18,049 nt of DNA from Myxococcota bacterium (GTDB lineage Bacteria; Myxococcota_A; UBA9160; PR03): contig JBFIML010000058.1 in assembly GCA_041611735.1 (NCBI GenBank), positions 1 to 18,049 on the forward strand, in the 5' to 3' direction. Below, piece by piece: positions 16,369 through 18,049 of this stretch. Below the pieces are notes generated by a model, which worked only from the letters and a program-made list of their open reading frames with translations, was not told the DNA's origin and did not search any database. Both the position numbers and the translations under genes were made by a program. The number at the start of each line of letters is the position of its first letter. Positions within the stretch are counted from its first letter, which is position 1.

Positions 16369-16407
16369 TGCCCGCCTCTTGGGCACCCAGTGCCCGCGCC
16401 TTGGGCA
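16369..16407. promoter_or_regulatory. Two tandem NtrC-like enhancer palindromes (TGCCC-N7-GGGCA)
   Basis: TGCCC-gcctctt-GGGCA (16369-16385) and TGCCC-gcgcctt-GGGCA (16391-16407), centres 22 bp apart, at about -94 and -116 from the inferred TSS. They resemble the NtrC consensus TGCAC-N7-GTGCA. Confidence 0.75.
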
Positions 16408-16417
16408 GCGGGCGGGG

Positions 16418-18049
<1,632 letters not shown>

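Overview
Very GC-rich bacterial DNA; gene content and order resemble a deltaproteobacterial/Myxococcota-like chromosome (inference). Positions 1-1588, downstream of a tRNA-Arg(CCU) gene (1589-1664, minus strand), look like the edge of an integrated element. This stretch holds a probable IS end with a transposase start, a lower-GC small secreted-protein gene with a UUCG terminator, a cluster of repeats and hairpins, and a phage-like ORF. The core region contains a stand-alone TolC-family lipoprotein, two intact CckA-like hybrid histidine kinases, a PAS-PAS kinase homolog that has lost its catalytic motifs (pseudokinase), an M20 amidohydrolase-pcm-nlpD-apt run and a GT-C-like membrane protein. 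The most notable locus is an ammonium transporter with an extra ~150-aa C-terminal extension. It is preceded by a sigma54 consensus promoter with tandem NtrC-like palindromes, has no adjacent glnK, and is followed by a flotillin/SPFH gene. All family calls come from motif recognition by eye; no searches were run.
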